Both the position numbers and the translations under genes were made by a program. Below are positions 1 to 9,520 of a stretch of DNA of 64,000 bases, one piece after another; positions within the stretch are counted from its first letter, which is position 1; the number at the start of each line of letters is the position of its first letter. This DNA comes from Poseidonia sp. (GTDB lineage Archaea > Thermoplasmatota > Poseidoniia > Poseidoniales > Poseidoniaceae): positions 160,001-224,000 of the forward strand of contig CBFIDD010000001.1 of the NCBI GenBank assembly GCA_965661285.1. Direction: 5' to 3'. The notes beneath the pieces are model-generated. The model did no database searches, had not been told where the DNA came from, and was given only the letters and a program-made list of their open reading frames with translations.

Positions 1-28
1 CAGAGTTTCCACTAAATGGCCATGCCAT
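1..28 (-). CDS. 5' fragment of next gene in the archaellin operon (MAWPFSGNS...), runs off window
   Basis: Minus-strand AGGAGG (37-42) followed by ATG at 28, frame open to the edge; only 9 codons visible. Confidence 0.45.
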
Positions 29-77
29 TGTAAAAACCTCCTTTCCAAGATATCACCGAAGTGATGTCTTGGAGGGA

Positions 78-662
78 TCAAACAACGATGGCACCTGCGG
101 TGTCGTCGTCAACGTTGAAGGTCTCAAACGTGGATCCACCGTTGGAAACGTGGAGGTAGAGTTGAGCCTCACCGTCGTCCGTAAGAACGGCGTCTGCCGA
201 ACAGTCATCGCCGCCACTGGCGTCGAGGGTCAATCGGTAGGCCGTACCCGGCATCAGGTCGTTACCGACCAGCGCCGTCCCGTCCATCTCGACGTAAGCC
301 ATTTCAGCACCTGCACCCGTACCTGCAACAGAATCACCTTCAACCGCTCCGTTCTCACAGAACATCTGGAAGGTCACCTGATCGATGTTGGTAATTTCAC
401 TGCCAGGAGCCAGTTTCACGAAAAGCATGTAACTGTCGCCTGCAGCGGCCGTGTCGACGAAGGCCGTGTCGATGAAGAGCTTGCCGGCCATGTTGTCAGC
501 AGTGTCGTCACCAGCGGTCTGAGCGTTTTGTTGCAACTTCTCAGCTGTTTGGATGATGACAGCAGCCGCAACTGCAGCCACAAGAATGAGGGCAATGAAG
601 ACGATCATGGCGCCAATACCGATGGCCGCCACGTTGTCTCGGGATTCGTTGTTGGTCTTCAA
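78..662 (-). CDS. arlB: Archaellin (archaeal flagellin, ArlB/FlaB family)
   Basis: N-terminus AIGIGAMIVFIALILVAAVAAAVIIQT...LQQ matches the archaellin class III signal/helix; TTG start overlaps upstream TGA. Confidence 0.88.
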   Translation of the reverse strand: MKTNNESRDNVAAIGIGAMIVFIALILVAAVAAAVIIQTAEKLQQNAQTAGDDTADNMAGKLFIDTAFVDTAAAGDSYMLFVKLAPGSEITNIDQVTFQMFCENGAVEGDSVAGTGAGAEMAYVEMDGTALVGNDLMPGTAYRLTLDASGGDDCSADAVLTDDGEAQLYLHVSNGGSTFETFNVDDDTAGAIVV

Positions 663-1222
663 ATGACCACCGCCCCAGCAGTTACGTCGCCGCCGTAGTT
701 GAGAACTTCGAAGGTTTGACCTCCGCCACCTGCTTGGAACAGGATGGTGTGCTCAGCGTTGGCTGTTGGGTTGCAGTTGGCCGTCGTCAGCGAGGTGACG
801 TAGGTGTTTCCTGCTTCGATGGTCGTGGATGTTGTGCCGGTGTCGCCGATGATGTGGGTCGCACCCGCAGGGGCGGTCGCCAAGTCATCTTCATCTACGC
901 CGGCAGCGCACACGATGGTCCACTGAATGTCTTCCGTGACCACATCGTCTGAACCGGGTGCGAGTTCGAAGGTCACATCAAGTTGGTTTGCACCACCAAC
1001 AATGACGTTGACCACGAACAAACGGGCTGCCATGGAGTCCGTTGTGTCCTGTCCGGTCGTCTGTGCGTTTTGCTGCAACTTCTCGGCCGTCTGGATGATG
1101 ACCGCAGCTGCCACCGCAGCAACCAGAATCAAGGCAATGAAGACAATCATTGCACCAATACCGATCGCAGCGATGTTGTCGCTTTGTTCGTTCTTTCTTT
1201 CGTTTTTCATGTTTTTCACCAT
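659..1222 (-). CDS. arlB: Archaellin (ArlB/FlaB family), tandem paralog
   Basis: Same hydrophobic N-terminal helix, LAPGS motif, divergent C-terminal domain; start 1222 or 1210. Confidence 0.88.
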   Translation of the reverse strand: MVKNMKNERKNEQSDNIAAIGIGAMIVFIALILVAAVAAAVIIQTAEKLQQNAQTTGQDTTDSMAARLFVVNVIVGGANQLDVTFELAPGSDDVVTEDIQWTIVCAAGVDEDDLATAPAGATHIIGDTGTTSTTIEAGNTYVTSLTTANCNPTANAEHTILFQAGGGGQTFEVLNYGGDVTAGAVVI

Positions 1223-1266
1223 TTTTTTGTTTTATCCCCCGCCGTTGCGGGTGGAATTGGATGCGG

Positions 1267-2214
1267 TCAAAGAGCACCTCCTTGACCGAGGTTGATGCGA
1301 AGCGGCATGCGGATGACAGCCACCTCGTCGGGAGCAAGATTACGGATGAACGGGACTTCGTCAGCGGAAAAACCCGAGGGGATCCACGGCGTGAGGAGCA
1401 CTTCGGAAAGCGGTTCCATGGAGCGGTTTTGAACCCGCATGGTGACCGTGATTTCGCCCGAGCGCATCTCGTAGGCCGTCGCCACAGAGAGTTTTCGAGT
1501 GAGCGGTATGTCCTCGGATGAGAGACGGTAATCTGGCTGAATGTCAAAGCGAAGCGGGATGTTTCCTCCCGGGGCGATGATGGGCAAATCCACGTTGGGC
1601 GGGTTCGCGGTCCAGCCCTCGGGCACGGGTGGCTTCAAACGAAGCATGGGCATCGGGATGGGGCCGTCGTTGATGATGCGAACCAACAAGACTCCCGTCT
1701 CGCCACCGGCTGGCCAGCGCGTGTCAACCCCCATCCAAAAGTGGCGGAACAAGAACGGGTTCAGGGTGGAGGTGTTGCCACCGATCATGTCTTCGAGCAA
1801 GTCCTCGACCTCGTCGGTAGAAGCACGGATATCGCCGATTTCGGCTGCTGCGGTGGCTTCACGCAACTTGTAGAGAATGCGTTCGGCTTCTTCGAGTGAG
1901 ATATGCTTGTGGACAAGGAGCCGATGAAGCATGGCAATGCTGCGGCGAAGGTGAAGGACGTCTTCTTCCAATTCCTCAAGCGTACGTTCGGCTCGCTTCA
2001 ATGTCTTCCGGGCCTTCCCGAGTTGATGCAAGCTCAAGTGGACCTTGGCCTCGCCCAAGTCCATGTCGGTCTCGGTGAGGGAAGGATTCTCTCGCTTCGC
2101 TGCTTGCCTGGCGATGCGCTCCAAGGTCTGTGACGCTTCACGGATGCCTTGTTCGCGCAGCGCACGCTCTTCACGCACGACGTCCTCTGGAACATCCGTG
2201 CCGTCCTCAGTCAT
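1267..2214 (-). CDS. Hypothetical cytoplasmic protein, N-terminal coiled coil plus two Ig-like beta domains
   Basis: Start re-called at MTEDG (2214), overlapping upstream stop with GGAGG upstream; helical N-half; VRIINDG/MRVQNRS..LAP Ig-like repeats; no signal peptide. Confidence 0.7.
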   Translation of the reverse strand: MTEDGTDVPEDVVREERALREQGIREASQTLERIARQAAKRENPSLTETDMDLGEAKVHLSLHQLGKARKTLKRAERTLEELEEDVLHLRRSIAMLHRLLVHKHISLEEAERILYKLREATAAAEIGDIRASTDEVEDLLEDMIGGNTSTLNPFLFRHFWMGVDTRWPAGGETGVLLVRIINDGPIPMPMLRLKPPVPEGWTANPPNVDLPIIAPGGNIPLRFDIQPDYRLSSEDIPLTRKLSVATAYEMRSGEITVTMRVQNRSMEPLSEVLLTPWIPSGFSADEVPFIRNLAPDEVAVIRMPLRINLGQGGAL

Positions 2215-5200
2215 CGCTTTCCACCTCCGTTGATGCTGGTGCGATGACGATCTGTGCCGGCGAGTTCGAGGAAGTCTCCTCCGGCTCGGAGACGTCCTCC
2301 CCGAGGAGGGCGCTGAAATCCAGGCCGTCGTCCGCAAGGTCGTTCAGGAGACGGGCTGGGTCGCCGAGGTCGCGCTCAATGCGAATGGACTTGATTTCCG
2401 CATCGGTCATGCGTCCGTAGAGGTTCCCGTACATCTTGTCCGAGCGCTTCAGCAGATACCACACGCCGACCATGATGGTGAAGAAGTACGTGGCCATGAC
2501 CACGAGGTTGTCGGAATCGGCCGACAGTTGCGGCGGCAGGCCAAGCACAATGGCCAGCATGCCGAGAATGGGAATGGAGAGAATGATGGTGAGTTGACGT
2601 CGGCTGTCTTTGAGCGCCTCAAAGTGGTCGGAATAAACGGTCGAAATACCCTTGCGAGCCCGCTGGTAATCTTCGTGAATCAGGCGGAACTCGTCGCTGC
2701 TCTTCCAGGTCATTCGCCAAATCCACAGGGCGCACAGGGCCAACACGGCAGGACCCCAGTATTGGACGTTGAACAAATGGAAGGCGAAACCAAACGCCAG
2801 AGCACCGGCGTACACACCGCCGAGCTGCCATTTTTCAGATTGGCTGGCAAGTCGGATGAAGATGAACGAAAGGAGCGCTGCGACCACACAGGCCACGAAG
2901 GCGATGGAGAGGTCGGGAGACCACGACTGAACGGTTTCTTGACCGAACTCCTGTCCTGATTCCCGGAGTGCTGCAGAATTGTCGTTGCTTTCGTCGTTGC
3001 CCGGGCCGACATAAAGGTAGGAGAGCGATGCATCGCAAAGAACGTCCTTGTTGACCTCCCACCAGTCGATGGTGATGGGTTTCACATTCCAAGTGAAGAC
3101 GTGTTCTTCGGTGGCGGCCAGCAACGGGTACATGTCCGGTGTGCTCAGGATGTCAACATCGCCATGGCAATCCAGCGAAGCAGAGACACCGAGCGCCTGG
3201 GCCGTTCCGAGATTGCGAACGGTTACGGAGTAGGTGGTTTCGACACCCTCGAGGAAGGCATCGGGATTTGATGGTCCTTGAGCGATGATGGCGGGGTTGG
3301 CAAAGACGGCCAGTTCATAGGTGAACGTGTCTTCTTCAAACACCGTGTAGCCAATGTTTTCGTCGGGGTGGTAGAGGCGGAAGGTCAGATCCCAGCCGTC
3401 CCCGGATAGGATGTGTGGCGTGTCGGGGGCGTCGATGACGAGTTGAATGGGTTCGCTGGTGACCCATGGTTGACGACTAGGTAGCGTGATGCGGGACTCT
3501 GGTCCCAGGGAGGTGGAGCCGCAGTAAGCCGACATGTTCAGCGGGTAATCCGTATCGTCGACACGGACGGCGAAGGACCACTCATAGAACGAAGCATTTT
3601 GCCCGAGATCACCCACATCAAGCAAGCGATCCGCTCGACAGAGTTCGAGTTCGTAGGGCACAGCGCTCTCAGGTCCAACCGGAATGTGAGAGTAGGTGAT
3701 AGGGAACACCTGCTCGCCGTTGTCCGAGGGAGGCGTGACGGCCGTATCGCCTTGTTCAAAGAAACGATTCATGCGTAGTTCCGTGGTGTATTCGGCACTC
3801 CCCTGAACGGCCGCTTCCTTCGGGTCAAGGGTGATAACGAGGTTGGCGGCCAGCGTGAGGGGGGGTTCGATGGCCACGCTTCGGACCGTAAATGTGAGAT
3901 CTTCGGGAATTCCGCGGCGGAGCAGGAGCGATGACGGGGCAGTTGACGAGACCTCCCAGTCCGTGCTCGGCGTGGTCAATCCTGCTTGGAACAGCGCGTA
4001 GGTGATGTTCACTTCGACATCCTTGTTGCCCGTGTTGATGACCCTGACATCCCAGCTCCGGCTGATGCCCCGGTGATAATCCATGCTGGTCGGCCAATCT
4101 TCGACCTCCACGATGAACAGCGGTGCCACGATGAAATTGAATCGATGCACCTCGAGTTCCTCCTGCGTGGTGGCGTTCAACACCCGCATGGTGACCGGAT
4201 AAAGCGCTCCGTTGAGCATGCTGTCGTCTTCGCCGAGCGCAGGAACATCGACATCAAAGCTGCCGCTGTAGGACTCACCCACACCAAGGGTGAGCGGGAC
4301 GCTGGCTGGCGCAACCGTCCAATTGCCTGCCACGCTGGTTTCAACCACAACGTTCTCAACGAGGTTGCCGTTGTTGATGAGGGAGAAATCTACAGTTTGG
4401 GACTCTCCTGGCACAACCCCAATTTCATCGAGGGTGCTCAAGACCATCCCATGCTGTTCGCTGATATTTCCCAAAATATTGGCAGAGAGGTTGAGGCCTG
4501 AATCCACGTTGGAAACCCACACGGTGGCGTAGTAATTGGCAGCCGCCAGGGCGTCGTTTGATGGCGTCATGCGCACGCGGACCGTGGATTCGTATCCAGC
4601 ACCGATTTCAACCACCGAAGGCGTTTCCAAGACGTAGTCAATTTCACCCGCATTGCTGGTGTCGAGATAAACGCCAAACTGAGCAGGGGTGTTGCCGTCG
4701 TTGCTGATGACCACGCTGGTCGTGAGCGTGTCGCCGATGGAGAGGTTCACGGTTTGGCTGGTTGGGGAAAGAGAGGCGTTCACCTTTTCACCGACGCGAA
4801 CCGGAACGTCGAACTCGGTGATGAAGATGCCCGTGGTCATTTCCCGGACCTCAATGGAGATCGGCTCGACGCTGTTGGCGGGAGCATTTGGCTCGGTGGT
4901 CACCACCAGCGGGAAGGTGACGATGTGGTCGGTTACATTGGATGGGTGGTTGGCCACATCGGCGGGAACATCGATGACGGTCGTGGACGGCATGATGCTG
5001 GTTGAGGAGAAGGACACGTCCCACCCGTCGGGAACATCGCTGAGCGTCAGGCGATAGGAGGTCATGTTGTTGCCCGTGTTGGCGAGGTCGATTTCGTACG
5101 CCGTCTCCTCGCCGACCATGGCGTCCACGGTGGTTCCGTTGTGCCCAAGAGCGTCCAGCACCGGCGGGATGTTGATGGTGAGCGTTTGGGTGATGGCTGT

Positions 5201-7129
5201 TGGAATCACGTTGGAACTGGTATGGGCTGCGCTCAAGGAAGGCGTCGCCGTGAGCGGGATACTGAGCGAGCCGGCCACGGAGTAGTTGTCAGCGGGACCT
5301 TGGATGGTCATGACGGCATGGGCCGTTTCGCCCAAATTCATGCCCGGCAAGGACGTGGGGGTCAGGCCGATAGCCCACCGTGCTGCTTCTTCAAAGCCGC
5401 CGGATGAATCTGAGGTAAAGACCGGCGTGCCAAGCGACAGGGTGGTGTCCACGGTCTCGGAAAGTTCGGTGGCGAGGTTGTGTCGAACCTCAACGTCGAG
5501 GTCAAGAATTTCTTGCAGCCCCTGACCCTGCTGTGCGAGCATGACCTCTTCGACGGTCATATCGATGCTATCGGTTGGAAGGCCGGGGTCAACCACGATA
5601 ACGGGAAGGATCTGAACGGGCGTTGAATCAACTTTGGGCACGCCACCATCCACCGAGACTGCCTGCGCCCACACCGACAAGGTGTCCCCGTGACCGTTGT
5701 ACTCTGCCTGCACCAGCGGGTTTTTGATGACCGGCGGCGTTGCCGTGAGGGTGACATTGACAGATTCGCCCGGTGTCAAAGTCCCCGTATACGTGCTTGA
5801 GAATTCAAGGTCCCAGTTCAGCGGGTTGGATGAGATGCCTCCTGTGAGCAAAAAGACGGTGTCGGAGTTTCCACGGTTGGTGACATTGACCTGAAGCGGG
5901 AAGGGTTGGCCGGGCGTGAGGTCTTTGGTATCGGCATCCATTTCGACGCTGACATTGTAAGATTCACTGGCGAGGACGGTCGTTGTGACGGTTCTGGTGA
6001 TTTGATTGTCGTTTGCAGACGTCAACGTGAACGTGACGATTTCAGAATCTGTTCGCAGTGCCGTAGCGGGAACGGAGACGTAAACCGAAACATAGCGAGT
6101 GTCACCGGGCATGGCGGTGGGCGTTGTTGATGCAGGAGAAACCGATGAAACCCAGCCCGATACCCCACTTGCCGAAATGGCATAACTGTCAACGCTGACG
6201 CCCGTGTTTTTCACCGAGTACGTCAACAACGCTGTTTGGCCAGGCTCGACGCTGCGAGTGTGGGCTGCTGTCAGTTCGAAGTCAAAAGACGAGAACACCA
6301 CGGTGTGATTGAGGAATTCAATGGATTTCGACCAACCAAAACCAACGACGTGCATTTCCCCCACCACATCGTATTGGCCGGAAAGCGAAGTCGCATCAAA
6401 TTGCATGTTGACGGGTTGAGGGCTCGCTCCAACGGGCGGTGCAAGGGAACCGGGGCGCACCGTGCTCACGATTTCGGATTGCCTGCTGAACGTGTTGGCG
6501 GGATTGCCGACTTCGGTGAAGTTGAGGAAGAACGTCGCCGATTGATTTTTCACGCCGTCGTTGCGTACACTGACGTTGAAATCGTGAAGAATTGGCGACC
6601 ACACCACGCTGTTCCCACCATTCGATGGCATGGGTATGTCAACGGTATCGGCCGGGACGCTGCTCTCTTGATAGCGACTGACATTCACGACAAGTTGGTC
6701 TTCGTTATTGTTGCTGTTGGCGTCCATGGTCGAGGAAACCCGTGCTTTCAAAATCTGATTGTTGCCAAGTGTTGCCTGCCAAGAGAACAAGGTGACGGCG
6801 CTGTATTGACCAGCACCGATGACGCCGAGGTCGGTGCTTCCCACCACCACGTCGCCTGATGAAGAGGTCCCCTGAAGCAGAAGCGTGAGGGTGGCTTGAC
6901 CGGCACCGAGCCCGGTGTTTTGCACCTGCACGCGAACCACGTGGGTGGCGTCTTCCACCTCGATGCCGCCGCCGAGGTAAATGGACCCGGCATCGTCGAG
7001 CGTAAAGGACGAGACGACGAAATCCGGAGTTGACCGCCCTCCGTCCGCAACGGCCAGTGGCGTCAGACTGGCCATCAGCATGACCATGACCAGCGAGACG
7101 GGCAAGGCGATTTTAGACAGGGTCCGCAC
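2207..7129 (-). CDS. Very large secreted surface protein (CARDB/NEW3-like Ig repeats) with C-terminal multi-pass membrane region and acidic tail
   Basis: Signal peptide; repeated VxNxGN..D/GW Ig-like units; about 5 TM helices near C-terminus; start re-called at GTG 7129. Confidence 0.8.
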   Translation of the reverse strand: MRTLSKIALPVSLVMVMLMASLTPLAVADGGRSTPDFVVSSFTLDDAGSIYLGGGIEVEDATHVVRVQVQNTGLGAGQATLTLLLQGTSSSGDVVVGSTDLGVIGAGQYSAVTLFSWQATLGNNQILKARVSSTMDANSNNNEDQLVVNVSRYQESSVPADTVDIPMPSNGGNSVVWSPILHDFNVSVRNDGVKNQSATFFLNFTEVGNPANTFSRQSEIVSTVRPGSLAPPVGASPQPVNMQFDATSLSGQYDVVGEMHVVGFGWSKSIEFLNHTVVFSSFDFELTAAHTRSVEPGQTALLTYSVKNTGVSVDSYAISASGVSGWVSSVSPASTTPTAMPGDTRYVSVYVSVPATALRTDSEIVTFTLTSANDNQITRTVTTTVLASESYNVSVEMDADTKDLTPGQPFPLQVNVTNRGNSDTVFLLTGGISSNPLNWDLEFSSTYTGTLTPGESVNVTLTATPPVIKNPLVQAEYNGHGDTLSVWAQAVSVDGGVPKVDSTPVQILPVIVVDPGLPTDSIDMTVEEVMLAQQGQGLQEILDLDVEVRHNLATELSETVDTTLSLGTPVFTSDSSGGFEEAARWAIGLTPTSLPGMNLGETAHAVMTIQGPADNYSVAGSLSIPLTATPSLSAAHTSSNVIPTAITQTLTINIPPVLDALGHNGTTVDAMVGEETAYEIDLANTGNNMTSYRLTLSDVPDGWDVSFSSTSIMPSTTVIDVPADVANHPSNVTDHIVTFPLVVTTEPNAPANSVEPISIEVREMTTGIFITEFDVPVRVGEKVNASLSPTSQTVNLSIGDTLTTSVVISNDGNTPAQFGVYLDTSNAGEIDYVLETPSVVEIGAGYESTVRVRMTPSNDALAAANYYATVWVSNVDSGLNLSANILGNISEQHGMVLSTLDEIGVVPGESQTVDFSLINNGNLVENVVVETSVAGNWTVAPASVPLTLGVGESYSGSFDVDVPALGEDDSMLNGALYPVTMRVLNATTQEELEVHRFNFIVAPLFIVEVEDWPTSMDYHRGISRSWDVRVINTGNKDVEVNITYALFQAGLTTPSTDWEVSSTAPSSLLLRRGIPEDLTFTVRSVAIEPPLTLAANLVITLDPKEAAVQGSAEYTTELRMNRFFEQGDTAVTPPSDNGEQVFPITYSHIPVGPESAVPYELELCRADRLLDVGDLGQNASFYEWSFAVRVDDTDYPLNMSAYCGSTSLGPESRITLPSRQPWVTSEPIQLVIDAPDTPHILSGDGWDLTFRLYHPDENIGYTVFEEDTFTYELAVFANPAIIAQGPSNPDAFLEGVETTYSVTVRNLGTAQALGVSASLDCHGDVDILSTPDMYPLLAATEEHVFTWNVKPITIDWWEVNKDVLCDASLSYLYVGPGNDESNDNSAALRESGQEFGQETVQSWSPDLSIAFVACVVAALLSFIFIRLASQSEKWQLGGVYAGALAFGFAFHLFNVQYWGPAVLALCALWIWRMTWKSSDEFRLIHEDYQRARKGISTVYSDHFEALKDSRRQLTIILSIPILGMLAIVLGLPPQLSADSDNLVVMATYFFTIMVGVWYLLKRSDKMYGNLYGRMTDAEIKSIRIERDLGDPARLLNDLADDGLDFSALLGEDVSEPEETSSNSPAQIVIAPASTEVESDD

Positions 7130-7622
7130 CTCCGCTGTCGGGCTTGTTGAACCGGTCGATGGTGACCGCCTTCCCTTGTCGCTTCCATTGCGCAAGGAGT
7201 TGATTGAGAAGGGCTTCGTGCTCGCCTTCCGAAATACCGAGTCGTCGGCGCTCTTCCCACAGCAGCAACTGCTCGGTGCGTGTGAGAAGGGCGTCCCTCA
7301 GATAGAGTTCAAGCGTACGCCTGTAGGCATCACGGTCCGATATGGCGTAGACGATGCTGTCGCCGGGAACTTGGTCGGCCCTGTTTTGGATCATATTGCC
7401 CAGCATCAATGCCTCATCGTAGCTCAATTGGCGCTTGTCAAGGTCGGTTTGAATGGCGCTGGCGATTTCTTGCAGCGCATATTTGGTGTCAGCGCGCTGA
7501 ATCTTCTTGAAATGGCGGCGCGCTTTACGGGACATGCGCGAACCGACCATATCATCCTCTGTCCTCTGCCAGTTATTCAAAGAATCGGTCGTGAACGGTT
7601 GAAATACCCAAGGTGAAGCCAT
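7113..7622 (-). CDS. Hypothetical protein with TerB-like helical hairpin motif
   Basis: Coding-like ORF overlapping next gene; motif RDALLTRTEQLLLWEERRRLGISEGEH. Confidence 0.65.
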   Translation of the reverse strand: MASPWVFQPFTTDSLNNWQRTEDDMVGSRMSRKARRHFKKIQRADTKYALQEIASAIQTDLDKRQLSYDEALMLGNMIQNRADQVPGDSIVYAISDRDAYRRTLELYLRDALLTRTEQLLLWEERRRLGISEGEHEALLNQLLAQWKRQGKAVTIDRFNKPDSGGADPV

Positions 7623-7736
7623 TTTTATTCATCTCGCATAAACAATCCACTGCGCATCATTACAAGACAAATTTCCCCCGGAATTGTATGATATTGTGAA
7701 GCAATGGCTTTAGTGGCGGGCACTTGAGGAGCCATC

Positions 7737-8222
7737 ATGAGCGATCCTGTACAATTGAGCCCCGGCGACGGCGCACCAACCTTTGAAGCCCTCGACCAAG
7801 ACGGCGAAGCACACAACTTGCAGACCTACCTCGACGATGGAAAAACCGTGATTCTCTACTTTTACCCGAAAGACTCGACCCCCGGATGCACCGCCCAAGC
7901 ATGCGACTTCCGCGACAACATGGCCCGTTTGAGCAGCGAACAGTATGTTGTTCTCGGCGTGTCGAAGGATTCCGGCAAATCCCACCAAAACTTCGTTGCA
8001 AAGCAGGAGCTGAACTTTCCGTTGCTCGTTGATGAGGACCTGGCACTGCACCAAGCCTTTGGTACGTGGCGACTCAAGAAAAACTACGGTCGCGAATACA
8101 TGGGTACTGCGCGGTCCACCTTCGTCATCCAACCCGACGGCACCCTTCGTTGGTGTCGCTACAACGTGAAAGCCAAAGGCCACGTTGGCATGTTGATGCG
8201 CGAACTCGGCATGGGTGAATGA
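7737..8222 (+). CDS. bcp: Thioredoxin-dependent peroxiredoxin, BCP/PrxQ family
   Basis: YFYPKDSTPGCTAQACDFRD motif; RSTFVI. Confidence 0.93.
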   Translation: MSDPVQLSPGDGAPTFEALDQDGEAHNLQTYLDDGKTVILYFYPKDSTPGCTAQACDFRDNMARLSSEQYVVLGVSKDSGKSHQNFVAKQELNFPLLVDEDLALHQAFGTWRLKKNYGREYMGTARSTFVIQPDGTLRWCRYNVKAKGHVGMLMRELGMGE

Positions 8223-8231
8223 GGGACCATT

Positions 8232-8714
8232 ATGACCGACCTCCCGCTCACCGGTCAACGCATTGACCTGGAGGATGGAAGTGTTGCATGGTGGCCTTGC
8301 CACATCGGCAAGAACGCCACCGTTGGCTCAAATTGCAGCATTGGCGCGCTCGCCCACATCGGCCAGCGGGTGGTTCTTGGGAAGGGGTGCAAAATTCAAG
8401 GCAGTGCCTACATCGCTGACGAATGCGTCCTGGGCGACAACGTCTTTGTGGGCCCCGCAGCCGTGGTGCTCAACGATAAATTTCCACCCTCCAACGACCG
8501 TTCCAAGTGGCGTCCTGTTCATGTGGGAGACGGTGCGGTGATCGGCGGTAATGCCACGGTTATCCCCGGCAATAACATCGGAGAGGGTGCTGTTCTCGCA
8601 GCAGGAGCGGTGTTGACCAAACACCTCCCCGCCCAAGAGGTATGGGGCGGCAATCCGGCGGTGTTCCTCATGACGCGAGCGGCCTATGAGCAGCGAAGGG
8701 AGGCGAGCCGATGA
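8232..8714 (+). CDS. Hexapeptide-repeat acyltransferase (sugar N-acetyltransferase-like)
   Basis: IGxxxx hexapeptide repeats; NDKFPP; GNPA C-terminal motif. Confidence 0.85.
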   Translation: MTDLPLTGQRIDLEDGSVAWWPCHIGKNATVGSNCSIGALAHIGQRVVLGKGCKIQGSAYIADECVLGDNVFVGPAAVVLNDKFPPSNDRSKWRPVHVGDGAVIGGNATVIPGNNIGEGAVLAAGAVLTKHLPAQEVWGGNPAVFLMTRAAYEQRREASR

Positions 8715-9520
8715 CCGATGAGCGCACTGCAGTCGCTTCGTTTTTGAAAAAGTGCAACGTGTATGCACAGGCGTCCATTCAGCGAAAACGAGAACGTGGG
8801 GGAGAAGATGAAATCCCAAAGTGGGAGGCCTACATCGAGTTCAACGACCACGCCCTCGAGGAGATTGCCAACGGCACCCTTGACCGCTGGTTCAACGACG
8901 ACCACGTGGCTGACACCCCCGTTCACCGCATGCCAGTTGACGCCATGGACCACATCGACCGGAGCATTTGGTTGAACAGCATCCTCTCCCCTCGCCCGGT
9001 CGTCATCGCAGGGACGACGGACGAAAACGGGGGCAGAAACCTCGCCCCGCTCTCATCGGTCATGCAGGTATCAACCAGACCACCCTACCTCACGGCGTCG
9101 TTGTCCATCCACAAGGACAAGCGCCCGAGGGACACTCTCCAGAACCTACGAAACGGCTCAACCGTCGTGCTCAACGTGATGCCGCCCACGCCCCGTGGAG
9201 CTGCCATCGTCGACGAGACCGCCACGCCGCTTCCCCGTGGTGAAGACGAAGGTCAACTCATCCCGCTTGAAACGCTCCCTGACCAGCCGCTGTTGCTGAG
9301 CGAAGCCGTGGCCGCCATCGAGGCCAGCTTTGTCGAAGAACATCCGCTTCCGGATGCTGTGGCCACCCTCGTGGTGCTCAAAGTCGAAGCGGTTTGGTTC
9401 TCGACCACCACCATGCCGGTGGGCGGCCTCGATGTGCTGTGTCAGCATGGCAGAGACGACATGACGCCATCGCCCCAAGGATGGACCAGGCGCGTCGAGA
9501 AACACTACGGCCCCGTTTGA
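8711..9520 (+). CDS. Flavin reductase-like protein with extra N-terminal helical domain
   Basis: PRPVVIAGT..NLAPLSS..PP..KDKRPRDTLQNL pattern of the DIM6/NTAB flavin reductase family; ATGA overlap. Confidence 0.75.
   Translation: MTDERTAVASFLKKCNVYAQASIQRKRERGGEDEIPKWEAYIEFNDHALEEIANGTLDRWFNDDHVADTPVHRMPVDAMDHIDRSIWLNSILSPRPVVIAGTTDENGGRNLAPLSSVMQVSTRPPYLTASLSIHKDKRPRDTLQNLRNGSTVVLNVMPPTPRGAAIVDETATPLPRGEDEGQLIPLETLPDQPLLLSEAVAAIEASFVEEHPLPDAVATLVVLKVEAVWFSTTTMPVGGLDVLCQHGRDDMTPSPQGWTRRVEKHYGPV

Noticed and set aside
1190-1240. T-rich tract as a plus-strand terminator
   Set aside because: No plus-strand gene ends here; it is the A-rich start region and Lys/Asn codons of the minus-strand archaellin
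2215-2337. N-terminal extension of ORF 1267-2337
   Set aside because: Lies inside the upstream gene; ATG 2214 with an upstream GGAGG fits better
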